Positions 61,001-64,000 of a stretch of 64,000 nucleotides of DNA are shown here, piece after piece; the first letter of the stretch is position 1, and every line of letters begins with the position of its first letter. The stretch comes from Eledone cirrhosa (Eukaryota). The notes below the pieces were generated by a model that was not told where the DNA came from, searched no databases, and saw only the letters and a program-made list of their open reading frames with translations. The stretch is from positions 102,796,001 to 102,860,000 of the forward strand of contig OZ024744.1 in assembly GCA_964016885.1 (NCBI GenBank). Reading direction: 5' to 3'. Both the position numbers and the translations under genes were made by a program.

Positions 61001-64000
61001 TGACATGAAACTAAAAAGTAGTCAGTCCATATTTAAAGTGGTCCTGCTGCCATGAAACTAAAAAGTAGTCAGTCCACTGTTTAAAGTGGTCCTGCTGCCA
61101 TGAAACTAAAAAGTAACCAGTCCACTGTTTAAAGTGGTCCTGCTGCCATGAAAATAAAAAGTAGTCAGTCCACTGTTTAAAGTGGTCCTGCTGCCATGAA
61201 ACTAAAAAGTAACCAGTCTACTGCTTAAAGTGGTCCTGTTGCCATGAAACAAAAAAGTAGTCAGTCCACTGTTTAAAGTGGTCCTGCTGCCATGAAACTA
61301 AAAAGTAGTCAGTCTACTGTTTAAAGTGGTCCTGCTGCCATGAAACTAAAAAGTAACCAGTCTACTGTTTAAAGTGGTCCTGCTGCCATGAAACTAAAAA
61401 GTAGTCAGTCCACTGTTTAAAGTGGTCCTGCTGCCATGAAACTAAAAAGTAACCAGTCCACTGTTTAAAGTGGTCCTGCTGCCATGAAACTAAAAAGTAA
61501 CCAGTCCACTGTTTAAAGTGGTCCCGTTGCCATGAAACTAAAAAGAAGTCAGTCCACTGTTTAAAGTGGTCCTGCTGCCATGAAACTAAAAAGTAACCAG
61601 TCTACTGCTTAAAGTGGTCCTGTTGCCATGAAACTAAAAAGTAGTCAGTCTACTGTTTAAAGTGGTCCTGTTGCCATGAAACTAAAAAATAGTCAGTCTA
61701 CTGTTTAAAGTGGTCCTGCTGCCATGAAACTAAAAAGTAGTCATTCTACTGGTTAAAGTGCTTATGCTGCCATGAAACTAAAAAGTAGTCAGTCTACTGG
61801 TTAAAGTGGTTATACTGCCATGAAACTAAAAAGTAGTCAGTCTACTGGTTAAAGTGATCCTGTTGCCATGAAACTAAAAAGTAGTCAGTCCACTGTTTAA
61901 ACTGGTCCTGCTGCCATGAAACTAAAAAGTAACCAGTTCCACTGTTTAAAGTGGTACTGTTGCCATGAAACTAAAAAGTAAACAGTCTACTGTTTAAAGT
62001 GGTCCTGTTGCCGTGAAACTAAAAAGTAACCATTCCACTGTTTAAAGTGGTCCTGCCGCCATGAAACTAAAAAGTAACCAGTCCACTGTTTAAAGTGGTC
62101 CTGCTGCCATGAAACTAAAAAGTAACCAGTCCACTATTTAAAGTGGTCCTGTTGCCATGAAACTAAAAAGTAGTCAGTCCACTGTTTAAAGTGGTCCTGC
62201 TGCCATGAAACTAAAAAGTAGTCAGTCTACTGTTTAAAGTGGTCCTGTTGCCATGAAACTAAAAAATAGTCAGTCTACTGTTTAAAGTGGTCCTGCTGCC
62301 ATGAAACTAAAAAGTAGTCATTCTACTGGTTAAAGTGCTTATGCTGCCATGAAACTAAAAAGTAGTCAGTCTACTGGTTAAAGTGGTTATACTGCCATGA
62401 AACTAAAAAGTAGTCAGTCTACTGGTTAAAGTGATCCTGTTGCCATGAAACTAAAAAGTAGTCAGTCCACTTTTTAAACTGGTCCTGCTGCCATGAAACT
62501 AAAAAGTAACCAGTTCCACTGTTTAAAGTGGTACTGTTGCCATGAAACTAAAAAGTAAACAGTCTACTGTTTAAAGTGGTCCTGTTGCCGTGAAACTAAA
62601 AAGTAACCATTCCACTGTTTAAAGTGGTCCTGCTGCCATGAAACTAGAAAGTAACCAGCCTACTCTTTAAAGTTGTCCTGTTGCCATTAAACTAAAAAGT
62701 AACCAGTCTACTGTTTAAAGTGGTCCTGCTGCCATGAAACTAAAAAGTAGTCAGTCTACTGTTTAAAGTGGTCCTGTTGCCATGAAACTAAAAAATAGTC
62801 AGTCTTCTGTTTGAAGTGGTCCTGCTGCCATGAAACTAAAAAGTAGTCAGTATACTGTTTAAAGTGGTCCTGCTGCCATGAAACTAAAAAGTAACCAGTC
62901 TACTGTTTAAAGTGGTCCTGCTGCCATGAAACTAAAAAGTAACCAGTCTACTGCTTAAAGTGGTTCTGTTGCCATGAAACTAAAAAGCAGTCAGTCTAAT
63001 GTTTAAAGTGGTCCTGTTGCCATGAAACTAAAAAGTAACCAGTCCACTATTTAAAATGGTCCTGTTGCCATGAAACTAAAAAGTAGCCAGTCCACTGTTT
63101 AAAGTGGTCCTGCTGCCATGAAACTAAAAAGTAACCAGTCCACTGTTTAAAGTGGTCCTGTTGCCATGAAAATAAAAAGAAGTCAGTCCACTGTTTAAAG
63201 TGGTCCTGCTGCCATGAAACTAAAAAGTAACCAGTCTACTGCTTAAAGTGGTCCTGCTGCCATGAAACTAAAAAGTAGTCAGTCTACTGTTTAACGTGGT
63301 CCTGTTGCCATGAAACTAAAAAATAGTCAGTCCATTTTTAAAGTGGTCCTGCTGCCATGAAACTAAAAAGTAGTCTGTCCACCGTTTAAAGTGGTCGTGC
63401 TGCCATGAAAATAAAAATAGTCAGTCCACTGTTTAAAGCGGTCCTGCTGCCAAGAAATTAAAAAGTAGTCAGTCTACTATTTAAAGTGGTCCTGCTGACA
63501 TGAAACTAAAAAGTAGTCAGTCCATATTTAAAGTGGTCCTGCTGCCATGAAACTAAAAAGTAGTCAGTCCACTGTTTAAAGTGGTCCTGCTGCCATGAAA
63601 CTAAAAAGTAACCAGTCCACTGTTTAAAGTGGTCCTGCTGCCATGAAAATAAAAAGTAGTCAGTCCACTGTTTAAAGTGGTCCTGCTGCCATGAAACTAA
63701 AAAGTAACCAGTCTACTGCTTAAAGTGGTCCTGTTGCCATGAAACAAAAAAGTAGTCAGTCCACTGTTTAAAGTGGTCCTGCTGCCATGAAACTAAAAAG
63801 TAGTCAGTCTACTGTTTAAAGTGGTCCTGCTGCCATGAAACTAAAAAGTAACCAGTCTACTGTTTAAAGTGGTCCTGCTGCCATGAAACTAAAAAGTAGT
63901 CAGTCCACTGTTTAAAGTGGTCCTGCTGCCATGAAACTAAAAAGTAACCAGTCCACTGTTTAAAGTGGTCCTGCTGCCATGAAACTAAAAAGTAACCAGT

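Larger units (their letters stand above)
9666..64000 (+). repeat. Satellite B: 48-bp tandem repeat CAGT(C/T variant: CCAC/CTAC)TGTTTAAAGTGGTCCTG(C/T)TGCCATGAAACTAAAAAGTA(GT/AC); about 1130 copies; continues beyond the window
   Basis: The 48-bp period holds throughout (e.g. TTAAAGTG at 10021 and 10069), with occasional 47- and 49-bp monomers. All copies are in one orientation and I saw no foreign insertion. Most units carry TTTAAA (DraI), GGTCC and CATG sites. Confidence 0.98.

Noticed and set aside
3368-64000. CRISPR array or other repeat-spacer system
   Set aside because: There are no unique spacers and no cas genes. Units are contiguous and differ only by point variants.
9666-64000. Giant repeat protein under a TAA/TAG-to-Gln genetic code
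   Set aside because: One frame has only TAR stops, but recurrent 47- and 49-bp monomers shift the frame into TGA-containing frames, and nothing supports an alternative code.

Overview
This window is almost entirely non-coding tandem-repeat DNA, most likely eukaryotic, and looks like the edge of a large satellite block. From left to right it contains: a ~2.5-kb compound tetranucleotide repeat (TGGT/CTGT/CAGT/CGGT/CAAT), a GA-rich polypurine tract, ~550 bp of apparently unique DNA with a (GAT)n microsatellite, a ~6.3-kb array of a 46/43-bp satellite (A), and >54 kb of a related 48-bp satellite (B) that runs off the end of the window. All listed ORFs are repeat artefacts, and I find no supportable gene, RNA gene, mobile element or CRISPR array. 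The main points of interest are: (i) the 'unique' flank holds degenerate 48-bp satellite monomers; (ii) array A appears to be a derivative that expanded inside the edge of array B; (iii) array B has nested higher-order structure, with a conserved ordered cassette of variant monomers, 2.4-3.4-kb tandem duplications, ~8- and ~13-kb long-range duplications, and edge variants that return 50 kb away. All offsets and identities were counted by hand and may be off by a few bases.
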